A DNA stretch of 25,025 nt from a virus. Taxonomy: Duplodnaviria > Caudoviricetes. The stretch is taken from the IMG/VR virus record IMGVR_UViG_3300025141_000689, positions 1 through 25,025 of that record, one strand, 5' to 3'. Numbering within the stretch: position 1 is the first letter of the stretch; each line of letters opens with the position of its first letter. Below are positions 8,218 to 16,571 of this stretch, one piece after another. Below the pieces are notes generated by a model that saw only the letters and a list, made by a program, of their open reading frames with translations, was not told the origin of the DNA and made no database searches. A program made the position numbers and the translations under genes.

Positions 8218-9716
8218 TAGGCTGTCATCCTTTTAGCTTGTGGTTGTGCTTCTAAATGTTTCATTGTGTCATACATTCTTTGTGCACCTTTATTAATACT
8301 TCCACCGCCTGCAGCTCTTACTGCATCGGCTGTCATTACAAATTCGTTTTTAGATAATCTTGCTGGGACATCATCTTTTTTTTCGTATGCTCCAATTGGA
8401 ACAAAGCCACCAGTAGTTCTATAATCTTTTTCTAATCCCCCTAGATTCATGATACCTCCAGGAGCTTTTCTAACTCTCTTTGGTAATCCACCTTTAGCAT
8501 TACCTCCGGAATCAACCAAGTCTAATGCTTCACCATAAAGTGACATTTGTATTTCGTGAGAAAGATCATAAAATTCTTTTCCATATCTGTCCCATGCCCA
8601 GTCCATAGCTATCTCTTGAGCTTTCCAACCTCTTGCTCCACCACCCGCAGTTTGTCCTTGAATTTCTTCCATGTCATTAGTGACAATTTCTTTGTTAGGA
8701 GTTTTTAATATAGCTTCTTGGTCTTCTATTATTACATCGCCAAATTTATACCCAGGTCTTCCGCCTTTAGCCATGTTAACTCCATGCCAATCATCAGTAT
8801 CAAAAAAGTTACTAAAATTTCCATACTGTGCTTGAATATCATCTGGAAGAATATTCCAAATTCTAAAAGCTTTGTCTTGTCCCCAAGCAGTATGTGTACC
8901 GCCCATCTCATACCCAATTCTTCCACCATTTCTCAAACCTGCAATACCACCAGTAGCCATCATGATGTGTTGTACTTCGTCCTCTAGTATATTCATTTCC
9001 TCTTCGGTTAAAAGACGTAGTTCTTTTCCAAATAGTTGCAGTGATAATTCATTTCTAGAATCAGAGACATCAGGACCTGAAGCCATCTGCATGTTACCTG
9101 TAGCAGGTGCTTCACCTTTAAGCATGTCCATCCAGTCACCACTGTCGAAGAAGATTTCAAAATCAAATTCATATATTTCTTGATTTATGGCACCGGAGTT
9201 CCATACATTCCATGCACCCTCTCTAGAGTTTCCTGTATTGTATTTAACTTGCTCACCAGTAAGATCGATTCCTGTTTCTTGTTGAAGGCCGAATGGAGTA
9301 ATTGACTCTTCATCAAATTCCATTATTTCGTCTTCACCTGGACCTCTTGCATATCTCTTTCTTTGTCTATTCGGTATGGACATTAGTCCACCCTTAGCTG
9401 CAACTGCAGTAAAATCTGTAACATCAGCTTTAGTTGTAGGTACTCCTGATACTGTCATAGGTGTTAAGTTTAAGTCAACAGCTGCTGCTGCCTCGTGGCC
9501 AGCTGCTGCAGCTTGTGCCATGTAATCGTCGTATGCTGCTTGCTGCATGTCATTTTTCTTCTGTTGATCTTTGTAAGATGCGTACGTCGATAAAGCTGCT
9601 GTTCCTGTTTTAATTAAAGGTGCATATCTGTCAGCTGCGTCTGCAGCTGTATTAAGCCAGCCTCCAACTGTGCCTACTAGCTCCCCCAACCAATAACCTT
9701 GTCGCTTTTTTTGCAT
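8217..9716 (-). CDS. Modular acidic putative virion protein (499 aa) with repeated xAxGG motifs and a C-terminal DDVPARLSKNEFV domain
   Basis: Intact ORF with a TAAGGA RBS and internal repeats. The C-terminal KDDVPARLSKNEFVMTADAVR resembles the 'SDSIPAxLSNGEFV' segment seen in phage tape-measure and virion proteins. Confidence 0.6.
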   Translation of the reverse strand: MQKKRQGYWLGELVGTVGGWLNTAADAADRYAPLIKTGTAALSTYASYKDQQKKNDMQQAAYDDYMAQAAAAGHEAAAAVDLNLTPMTVSGVPTTKADVTDFTAVAAKGGLMSIPNRQRKRYARGPGEDEIMEFDEESITPFGLQQETGIDLTGEQVKYNTGNSREGAWNVWNSGAINQEIYEFDFEIFFDSGDWMDMLKGEAPATGNMQMASGPDVSDSRNELSLQLFGKELRLLTEEEMNILEDEVQHIMMATGGIAGLRNGGRIGYEMGGTHTAWGQDKAFRIWNILPDDIQAQYGNFSNFFDTDDWHGVNMAKGGRPGYKFGDVIIEDQEAILKTPNKEIVTNDMEEIQGQTAGGGARGWKAQEIAMDWAWDRYGKEFYDLSHEIQMSLYGEALDLVDSGGNAKGGLPKRVRKAPGGIMNLGGLEKDYRTTGGFVPIGAYEKKDDVPARLSKNEFVMTADAVRAAGGGSINKGAQRMYDTMKHLEAQPQAKRMTA

Positions 9717-9779
9717 AATTTCTAATTCCTTAATGTATGATTATATATGAAAATCGCAGGGATTACACCTGAACCTATC

Positions 9780-9808
9780 AGTTTACTTGTTTTTTTGTTC
9801 ATCGTCAA
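9780..9808 (-). promoter_or_regulatory. Sigma70-type promoter
   Basis: TTGACG (9808-9803), a 17-nt spacer and TAAACT (9785-9780), in a 96-bp intergenic gap upstream of the 499-aa gene. Confidence 0.7.
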
Positions 9809-9812
9809 TATC

Positions 9813-10061
9813 TTATACCTTACCTGTATCCGCTCCTAGTTTAATAGCAGCTACTTTTACATGCACATCTCTTCGAATATGCTCTCTTTGAGTGTCTGTA
9901 GATGGGTTATCTACGTCATCATCAGCTTCTTTGTCTGACATATACTCTTGACCTGTTGCAGTATTAGTTAATGTTATCTCTACTTCAGGGGTAATAACAT
10001 GGACTTTTTTACCATCAATTTCCTTATATTCACTCTTCGATTCTTGCTCTATAAATGGCAT
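9813..10061 (-). CDS. Hypothetical phage protein (82 aa)
   Basis: AGGAGG RBS, in the operon, acidic. Confidence 0.75.
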   Translation of the reverse strand: MPFIEQESKSEYKEIDGKKVHVITPEVEITLTNTATGQEYMSDKEADDDVDNPSTDTQREHIRRDVHVKVAAIKLGADTGKV

Positions 10062-10068
10062 AATCCTC

Positions 10069-10407
10069 CTATGATCTGCTCGTTTGTAATATTGAGGCCG
10101 TCATTTTTATAACATTTCCTGTGGCACATTGCATCTTTAATTTATCACCCGCCTCTAGGATGATGATGTTGTTAAATGTTAATAAATCAACACTTCCACT
10201 GGCTCCCACATTAACTTTGTCCCACTCATAATCAGTGCTTGCTGAAGCATCATAGACTTTAATATCTACGTCTAGAGCTGAACCATGAGTATTAAATAGT
10301 TTAACGCTTTTAACTAATGAAGTAGTCTCTGTAGGTGTTTCATACATATCATCATATGACCCTGCAGATGTAATTTTTGCTTGAATATTTTTATATACGT
10401 TTGCCAT
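10069..10407 (-). CDS. Small beta-rich putative virion protein (112 aa), paralogue of 22489-22815
   Basis: Start coupled to the upstream stop (TAATG). Shares MAxx(Y/F)(K/R)N, D(I/V)K, DY and I(I/V)LxxGDxL with the 108-aa ORF. Confidence 0.7.
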   Translation of the reverse strand: MANVYKNIQAKITSAGSYDDMYETPTETTSLVKSVKLFNTHGSALDVDIKVYDASASTDYEWDKVNVGASGSVDLLTFNNIIILEAGDKLKMQCATGNVIKMTASILQTSRS

Positions 10408-10571
10408 TAACTTAAAAAGAAATTAAACCTTTCTTGATCATCCTTATCGGGTTGCATGTATGTTGAATTAAGTTGTTCTATAACAGAACTAATTGCTCTG
10501 TTAATTTGTCTTTGGTTATCCTCTGTATATTCTTTTCTAGGTTCTGGTAATCTTACTACTATTTTAGCCAT
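10407..10571 (-). CDS. Hypothetical phage protein (54 aa), not in the ORF track
   Basis: Translates as MAKIVVRLPEPRKEYTEDNQRQINRAISSVIEQLNSTYMQPDKDDQERFNFFLS*. It fills the gap exactly, with TAATG stop/start overlaps at both ends. Confidence 0.85.
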   Translation of the reverse strand: MAKIVVRLPEPRKEYTEDNQRQINRAISSVIEQLNSTYMQPDKDDQERFNFFLS

Positions 10572-12823
10572 TATCTTCTCCCATCCGCTTGAACATCTAC
10601 TTGGAAAGTACCATATCTCCAGTCTTCACCAGCGCTTTCGTTTTCTATTTTAACACTTGCATATCTTCCTCTGGCTCTAGTATTGAATTGTGTAGAAGTA
10701 GAAAGCACACTAAAAGGACTTAAGGTACTATCTGCTCTTGAAGATGAAGGAAAATTTTTTAAACCCACTGTTACTTTAGCTGTACCAGTTAAAGTTTTAA
10801 AATCAGGAATGAATCTTCTCATCGCTAAAAAATATTCTCCCATCCCTTTATCTGTTTGAATAGCAAAATCATAAGATTGCAGAGAAGAAGTTAAAGCCGT
10901 TGTGGATCCATCAGGATTTAATTGATCGGTTCCAGTTTCTTGTTGAAAGTAAACGGTCTGACCTAATCCTGTTTCACCAATGATACTTGGAAAAGTTCCT
11001 GTAGCTGAACTATTAAACTGAGTTGCATAAGGTTGTGGATATACAATAGAATCAATCCAAGTTGTTCTAATAGAATTAGTATTAACTCCTGTATACCAGA
11101 CACCTGTAGGGAGCTGAGTTTTTTCTCCATAATTATATACAACATATCTGTCATTGTAGGTTTCACCAGAACTTGGGTAATACCAAATAACCTCTGTAAA
11201 TAAGTTATTGATACCAGCATATACTTGTTGACCTTTAGTGGTATCAAAGTCGCCATAAACATAGTCTTCTACTGAACAAGATAGGGAATTAACAGTACCA
11301 TCAAAGGAGAAGAAACCATTGTTTCCCATCCAATAAGCAACACCATCAATCTCACAGCATGCATTCTGTCCAATCAATCCACAGTTTGTACCAACCTGTT
11401 CAAAGCCAAAGGTAAATGGTGCTCCTACAAATTTCATAGAGTAGAGAGCATTGTCGGTCCAGACTAAAATATTTTCTTTTCCTTTAATGGCACCCATAAT
11501 TCTTGTACCATCTTGAAGTCTTTGTGTACCAGCACTATTGTCCGCTGTGGGAGCAAATGTATTAATAGCTTCTTGATCCGAGAATCTAATAAACAGATCA
11601 TCTTGTGTGGAATCTGTTCCAATAGTTGTTTCAGTTCCAAAATGAATTAAGTGTCGAGTTGTTGGAGAAACAAGAGTTAATCTTGAGGCTGTAGGATTTC
11701 CTTGAGTTCCACTAATTGCTGTTACATAATTAGTAGTTATCATTGAAGCCCTATTGCTAAATCTAGCTGATCCACTAATTCCTGAATTCCATGTATAGGT
11801 TTTTCCATTTGCAATTGTTGCAACTAAAACTTCTCCCCAGTTTCCTAGTGACCAGAGACCTGGTTCTAGTGTAACGTCTGAAGCATTAACTGCATTTCCC
11901 CATTGAGTATAATTGGTTGCATCATATACTATCTCGCCATCACTGTGAGCACTTCCAGTTGTGCCAGCGACAGCCGTTCCATAAGCCCCTCTAGTAATAG
12001 TTGTTAAATCATTTGATGAAATAGCACTGTATTTAATTAATTCACTATCAACTAAAATAGTTCCATTTGTTGAAGTAAATCCAGTAGTTGAATCCAAAGT
12101 AATACTTGTTCCTGATCCACCTGTACCAGCTGTATCTGCAAGTAAAGCCCCGTCTAAATTACTAGTTTGAACTCCTGTAATTGTTCCACCATAATTTCCT
12201 ACACCAAATCCATAGCCATAAGTTTGAGCTGCTGGACCAACGGTTGCATAAGGTTGAACCTTCATACTTCCACCAGTTGAAACTGCAGCTGACGCTTGGT
12301 TTAAAGAGTTAATAGTAAAAGTTACAGAAGTTGGAACAGTTAAGACTTGAAATTTTTTATCTTCAAAATCAGTTGCATTTAAACCCGTACCACCAGGTAG
12401 AGTAACACTATCTAAAACAATAATATCTCCTACTTCTAAACCGTGATTGGATGTTGTAGTGATTGTACATGTTTTAACTGTGGTGCTATTTGTTGCTAAT
12501 GTTGAACTCGTAAATTCGACTTGAGCACCAGCATTATCAGAACGCCAGGGAGTTATATCGTAAAGAGTTCCTTCAAAATATATAAGTAAAAATTTATCAG
12601 TGCCAATGGCTACATATTTATTGCCATCAGTATCTACGAATGCGTGTTGCTTTCTAGCGACACCTACAATAGTGTCAGTTAATAAAGAAGCCCATCCTCC
12701 TACTTTTTCTGGAAGATTATATCTCCATCTAACATTGTCTGAATCTATCCAACGATCGGTTGCTCCGACAGCAGTGTCCTGCTTATCGACACCCGGCTGA
12801 AATTTCATTTCAAAGAGAGCCAT
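10571..12823 (-). CDS. Tail hub / tail tubular protein B-like (P22 gp10-like DNA stabilisation) protein
   Basis: 750 aa, beta-rich with propeller-like repeats (IRFSDQE, LVWTDNALY, VAYWMGNNGFFSFDG, EVIWYYP) and a TRARGR C-terminal motif. It sits just before the ejection genes and carries two Thr/Ser-rich inserted domains. Confidence 0.7.
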   Translation of the reverse strand: MALFEMKFQPGVDKQDTAVGATDRWIDSDNVRWRYNLPEKVGGWASLLTDTIVGVARKQHAFVDTDGNKYVAIGTDKFLLIYFEGTLYDITPWRSDNAGAQVEFTSSTLATNSTTVKTCTITTTSNHGLEVGDIIVLDSVTLPGGTGLNATDFEDKKFQVLTVPTSVTFTINSLNQASAAVSTGGSMKVQPYATVGPAAQTYGYGFGVGNYGGTITGVQTSNLDGALLADTAGTGGSGTSITLDSTTGFTSTNGTILVDSELIKYSAISSNDLTTITRGAYGTAVAGTTGSAHSDGEIVYDATNYTQWGNAVNASDVTLEPGLWSLGNWGEVLVATIANGKTYTWNSGISGSARFSNRASMITTNYVTAISGTQGNPTASRLTLVSPTTRHLIHFGTETTIGTDSTQDDLFIRFSDQEAINTFAPTADNSAGTQRLQDGTRIMGAIKGKENILVWTDNALYSMKFVGAPFTFGFEQVGTNCGLIGQNACCEIDGVAYWMGNNGFFSFDGTVNSLSCSVEDYVYGDFDTTKGQQVYAGINNLFTEVIWYYPSSGETYNDRYVVYNYGEKTQLPTGVWYTGVNTNSIRTTWIDSIVYPQPYATQFNSSATGTFPSIIGETGLGQTVYFQQETGTDQLNPDGSTTALTSSLQSYDFAIQTDKGMGEYFLAMRRFIPDFKTLTGTAKVTVGLKNFPSSSRADSTLSPFSVLSTSTQFNTRARGRYASVKIENESAGEDWRYGTFQVDVQADGRR

Positions 12824-12834
12824 AAGTTTAGCTC

Positions 12835-13557
12835 CTATGAAGTATAATTAGTCTTGTATACCCACCCTCGAGTAGCATCTACATAGACTAATGTAAGGGA
12901 TTGACCATTATTGCTTAAAATTAAATTAGAAGTTCCACCATTAATTTTTAAGCCGTTTCGGTCTACGGTTAAGTTGTTAGATTGAAAAGTACCATACGAA
13001 TCTATAATTGTAACTTCATCTCCTGTAGAAGCAGCTGAAGGAAGCGTCACGGTAATGACGGCTGAAGTCGTATTAGCTAAAATCTGTGAACCAGCTACAG
13101 CAGTATAAGGAGTATTAGAATTAGTAATACTTGCGTATCCTTTTTCAAGAATAGTTACAACTGTTTCTGAGCCATTAGATTTACATAAAACAGTAGCGCC
13201 TGGAGGAATAGGTTGTTCCGTTCCAGAAGCAGTTAAAACCCCTAAAGTTCTATTTGATGTTCCTCTAACGGTATCGTCTTTCATGATCCAAACTCTTTTT
13301 GCAGTACCTGGCATAGTGACTGTTCTGTTACCTGCTAAAGTACCATAAAGTCTGTAGTATACATTTTTACCTGTTGAAGTTGCTCCATCAGTTAAAACAA
13401 GAGTTGAACTACCTGAAGCTAGATCTACATCTAAAACCCCAGTTGAAGTTTGCTCTACGATTTGTAAGTTTGTGTTAGTTATAGTACCCCATAAACCAGC
13501 TTTTTCACCTGTTGTTATGAGTTCTATTTGTGCGTTTGTTGAATAAGTTGATGCCAT
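12835..13557 (-). CDS. Putative tail fibre / fibre adaptor protein (240 aa)
   Basis: C-terminal domain NTT..ITVTLP..GD.V..ID...NNLTV...KI.G....GQSLTLVYVD.TRGW, shared with the three Gly-rich proteins. Confidence 0.6.
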   Translation of the reverse strand: MASTYSTNAQIELITTGEKAGLWGTITNTNLQIVEQTSTGVLDVDLASGSSTLVLTDGATSTGKNVYYRLYGTLAGNRTVTMPGTAKRVWIMKDDTVRGTSNRTLGVLTASGTEQPIPPGATVLCKSNGSETVVTILEKGYASITNSNTPYTAVAGSQILANTTSAVITVTLPSAASTGDEVTIIDSYGTFQSNNLTVDRNGLKINGGTSNLILSNNGQSLTLVYVDATRGWVYKTNYTS

Positions 13558-13561
13558 AATA

Positions 13562-14014
13562 TTACGTTCCTGGGTCTATTGGTGTCCAGACCATTGTTGC
13601 GCCCGGAATAATTTCACTCCATGTTATTGCTTGTGCCGTTCCCGTAGCAAGCGTTAAAGTACTTCCTGTAGGATCGACATTTGCGTCTGCAGTTAGTGTA
13701 ACAGTTCCGCTTGAAATTACAAGAGAGTTCTTTACAGCTGTTACTGTAGCGCCGGCACTGACTGTAACAGTTCCTGTGCCTAGGACTAATTCATTTTTGA
13801 CTGCAGTAAGATTAGAGTCCCCAGTAAGAGTTAAACTTCCAAAACCTAAAGTAAGTGGATTTGGAGTAGGTATTTCTGTAATAGAATCTGCGGTAATACC
13901 TGGATTTCCAATACTAATAGATAGTTCATTTTTAGTAACTGAAATAGTTACATTATTCTCGGGTCCTGCCGAAGAAATGGGGTATTCTGCAAATGCGCCA
14001 AAGCCTAATAACAT
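13562..14014 (-). CDS. Putative structural protein (150 aa) with short Thr/Val-rich repeats
   Basis: Repeats of about 19 aa, such as VTKNELSISIG, AVKNELVLGTG and AVKNSLVISSG. TAAGGA RBS. Confidence 0.6.
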   Translation of the reverse strand: MLLGFGAFAEYPISSAGPENNVTISVTKNELSISIGNPGITADSITEIPTPNPLTLGFGSLTLTGDSNLTAVKNELVLGTGTVTVSAGATVTAVKNSLVISSGTVTLTADANVDPTGSTLTLATGTAQAITWSEIIPGATMVWTPIDPGT

Positions 14015-14017
14015 AAA

Positions 14018-14081
14018 ATATAATCCTTAGAAGGAAGCAGGGGGTATGTGGTGGATCCCTGCCTCCATCCAAGAATTATAT
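14018..14081 (-). promoter_or_regulatory. Long intergenic RNA hairpin occluding the RBS of 13562-14014
   Basis: On -: ATATAATTCTTGGATGGAGGCAGGG-[ATCCACCACATACC]-CCCTGCTTCCTTCTAAGGATTATAT. The 25-position stem has 3 G-U pairs and 1 U-U mismatch. Confidence 0.75.
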
Positions 14082-14740
14082 CATCGTTTAAACCAAGAAG
14101 GAAGTCCTAAATGTGGACGTTTGTCGAACATATTATCCTTCGCTCCAGGGGTCTTACGATTGTTATAATGCAGAAAAACTTGTACGCATTCTTTACCTTT
14201 GAATTTTTCTCTCCAATGTTCTATCTCACAGCCAGAATAAACGAGCATATCGCCTGGTTTTAAATCTACCGTAATCCCTTTCGCTTTGCTTTCAGCAGTA
14301 ATTTTTTTCCCATCTGGTATACCCACATTTTCATTAGGGCTTAAATATAGAGGCCAGTCATCGCCACCGAGATTCATAGTCGTAGATATCTCACAACTAA
14401 ATCTGTCTTTGTGTCTTTTTAAAACATCTCCTTTTTTATAAATTCTTGCATAAGAATATGCAGGATATAATTTTAATCCCGTAGCTTTTTCCATGGTTGG
14501 TTGGCATTTCAACATTAAAGTTTCCATAGCTATATTAGAATACTGACTATAAGTTTCTGGTATCTGTTCGTCTTTACCTTCATAGTGACCTATAATATTT
14601 TCAAAAGGTGAAAGGTATCTTTGTGCTCTACAAGTATCATAAACTTGTTTCTGCATAGAAAAATAATTTGCAATAAAAGCTGCTAGGTCTTTTGATATTG
14701 CTTGACGGATAACTGTATATTTATTTTTTTTAAAACTCAT
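14081..14740 (-). CDS. 2OG-Fe(II) oxygenase-superfamily protein
   Basis: YARIY...LKRHKDR (HxD), LKPGDMLVY.G..IEHWRE (distal His) and QVFLHY. Confidence 0.8.
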   Translation of the reverse strand: MSFKKNKYTVIRQAISKDLAAFIANYFSMQKQVYDTCRAQRYLSPFENIIGHYEGKDEQIPETYSQYSNIAMETLMLKCQPTMEKATGLKLYPAYSYARIYKKGDVLKRHKDRFSCEISTTMNLGGDDWPLYLSPNENVGIPDGKKITAESKAKGITVDLKPGDMLVYSGCEIEHWREKFKGKECVQVFLHYNNRKTPGAKDNMFDKRPHLGLPSWFKR

Positions 14741-15303
14741 ACTAATTCAAACCATCCTGTAATTATCATTTTTTCTTTATCTACAATTTGACCTTTATGT
14801 GTATGTGTAAAATCTGGAGGCCAAATTAAAGTTAAACCTTTTTTAGAAGGAGTAGTAATTTTTTGATATTTAAATATTGTTCCTCCATTTACTATATTAT
14901 TTAAATATGTCATAAAAACTAACAGTCTTTTAGAATATAATGAAAGTGTTCTTTCATGATGCCATTTTTTAAAACCACCTTTTTTAGGATATTTTTGAAT
15001 GTTAGCGTCAGCAAATTTAAATTTTTCACACTTATCTACTTCAGGATATTTTTTCATATATAAATTTAAAACTTGTTGTAAACATTTTTGATATTTAATT
15101 ATTTCTTTATCGTGATTATGAATGTTAATTCCTAATTCTATCGAATCTTTAATAGATTTGTTAGAATAGTTATTTTTAACTTTACCAGGTGAGGCATGCA
15201 TATTAAACTCATTGTAATAAGAAATTAATTCATTACAAACATTTGTAGGAATAAACCAACCACCTATAAAACTTTCTTTAGGGAGTTTATATTCTTTATA
15301 CAT
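14737..15303 (-). CDS. 2OG-Fe(II) oxygenase, prolyl 4-hydroxylase-like
   Basis: IQKY...WHHE (HxE), MTYLN....GGT.F, IWPPDFTHTHKG and K.IITGW. Confidence 0.85.
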   Translation of the reverse strand: MYKEYKLPKESFIGGWFIPTNVCNELISYYNEFNMHASPGKVKNNYSNKSIKDSIELGINIHNHDKEIIKYQKCLQQVLNLYMKKYPEVDKCEKFKFADANIQKYPKKGGFKKWHHERTLSLYSKRLLVFMTYLNNIVNGGTIFKYQKITTPSKKGLTLIWPPDFTHTHKGQIVDKEKMIITGWFELV

Positions 15304-15931
15304 CTTTAGCGTGTTCCTTTAATGCAGCTGTTATATTAAAATGAATAAATCTAAAGGGAGCTTTACCATAATCAACAGAAAATTCGTGTTCTAAATATCC
15401 TGGAAAAAACATAAGTAATCCTGGTTCAGGTTTAAAATGAATTAATTCTGTTCCAGGCCATACTCCTTTTTGAGGTTTCATATGTAATTTAGTTGCTCTT
15501 GCTCCTGTTCGCGGGTCGTGAAAAACAGGAAACGAAGTCTTCTCACTAGCTTTTAAAAAATAAAAACCATTAACGTGAGTGTTCCAATGAATGTGAGCTG
15601 AATGATGTCCTCCACCTTTCTTAGCAAATTCTTGTACCCAACATTGTTCAAAGAAAGTTGTATACTTACTCATATCAAATCCTGAGTGATCTAAAAACTC
15701 CCAACATTTTTGACCTACATAATTTCTAAAATCCATAAATTGAGTATCCACTAGTAATTGAGTTGAATGCCACGAACGACCAAAGTCTCCGTGAGCCTTA
15801 AGATGAGCTTTAGCTTCCTTATTTTTTTTAGCTTCTTTAATATATGGATCAGACGCTTTGTTTAAAGATTTAACAAAGTCTGGTTTCATTTCATTCCATA
15901 CAGGTGTTACAAAATAATTATTTATATACAT
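15296..15931 (-). CDS. Putative 2OG-Fe(II) oxygenase (HxH-type, TIGR02466-like)
   Basis: CWVQ...HSAHIH (HxH), GFYFL, FHDPR, P.PGLLMFFPGYLEH and RFIHFN. Confidence 0.82.
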   Translation of the reverse strand: MYINNYFVTPVWNEMKPDFVKSLNKASDPYIKEAKKNKEAKAHLKAHGDFGRSWHSTQLLVDTQFMDFRNYVGQKCWEFLDHSGFDMSKYTTFFEQCWVQEFAKKGGGHHSAHIHWNTHVNGFYFLKASEKTSFPVFHDPRTGARATKLHMKPQKGVWPGTELIHFKPEPGLLMFFPGYLEHEFSVDYGKAPFRFIHFNITAALKEHAKDV

Positions 15932-15932
15932 A

Positions 15933-16571
15933 CTATTTAAAGGGATATCCTAAATGCCATACGACAAGTGAGTATCTCGTTCCTCTCGTTACTGGTTTAA
16001 CTCTATGCCACAAATGTGAAGGAAATACTACGATAGAGCCTTTAGGTAATATTTCAGGTACGCTTCGTATATGTTTACTTTCATCTCTCAGATTTGGATC
16101 ATAGTTTCGAAAATCAAATTCTAATTCTCCACCGGTATATTCTGAACCATCTGTTAATTGACAAGTCATAGATAATTTTCTAACTTTACCGTGATCAACT
16201 GCATTCTTATCTTTTCTATTATAGGGTTTATGCCAAGGGTCAGAATGCCAATCGTAATATTGATTTAATTTATATTTTGTAAATTGACAAGACTCAGACC
16301 AATCCCATTCAAAATTCCAACCAGCATTTTTATTAGCCATATGAACGTAGGGATGTAATTCTTTATATATCCACTTATCATTTAACCACACTAAATCAGA
16401 GTTTCTTTTTCTTTTTAAATCTTTTACTTCTTCTTTTTTTAATTTTCTATCACCATAGCCACCTGTTCTAGCCATAACTTCTTCTTTAGATAATGCATAT
16501 TTAATAACCTCATCACAGAACTTTGGTGTAAGCGCTGCATTAAAATACCAGAAATAATTAGATAAATTCAT
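15933..16571 (-). CDS. 2OG-Fe(II) oxygenase, PKHD/prolyl-hydroxylase-like
   Basis: QFTKY...YDWHSD (HxD), RKLSMT, Y.GGELEF and VFPSHLWHRVKPVTRGTRYSLVVW (distal His and 2OG-binding Arg). Confidence 0.9.
   Translation of the reverse strand: MNLSNYFWYFNAALTPKFCDEVIKYALSKEEVMARTGGYGDRKLKKEEVKDLKRKRNSDLVWLNDKWIYKELHPYVHMANKNAGWNFEWDWSESCQFTKYKLNQYYDWHSDPWHKPYNRKDKNAVDHGKVRKLSMTCQLTDGSEYTGGELEFDFRNYDPNLRDESKHIRSVPEILPKGSIVVFPSHLWHRVKPVTRGTRYSLVVWHLGYPFK

Noticed and set aside
3971-8987. Several + strand ORFs (3971-4387, 5582-5836, 6163-6477, 7257-7631, 8718-8987)
   Set aside because: Antisense shadows of long - strand genes, with no independent coding signals.
10456-10653. + strand 65-aa ORF from the track
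   Set aside because: The - strand 54-aa ORF 10407-10571 fits the operon exactly with coupled start and stop.
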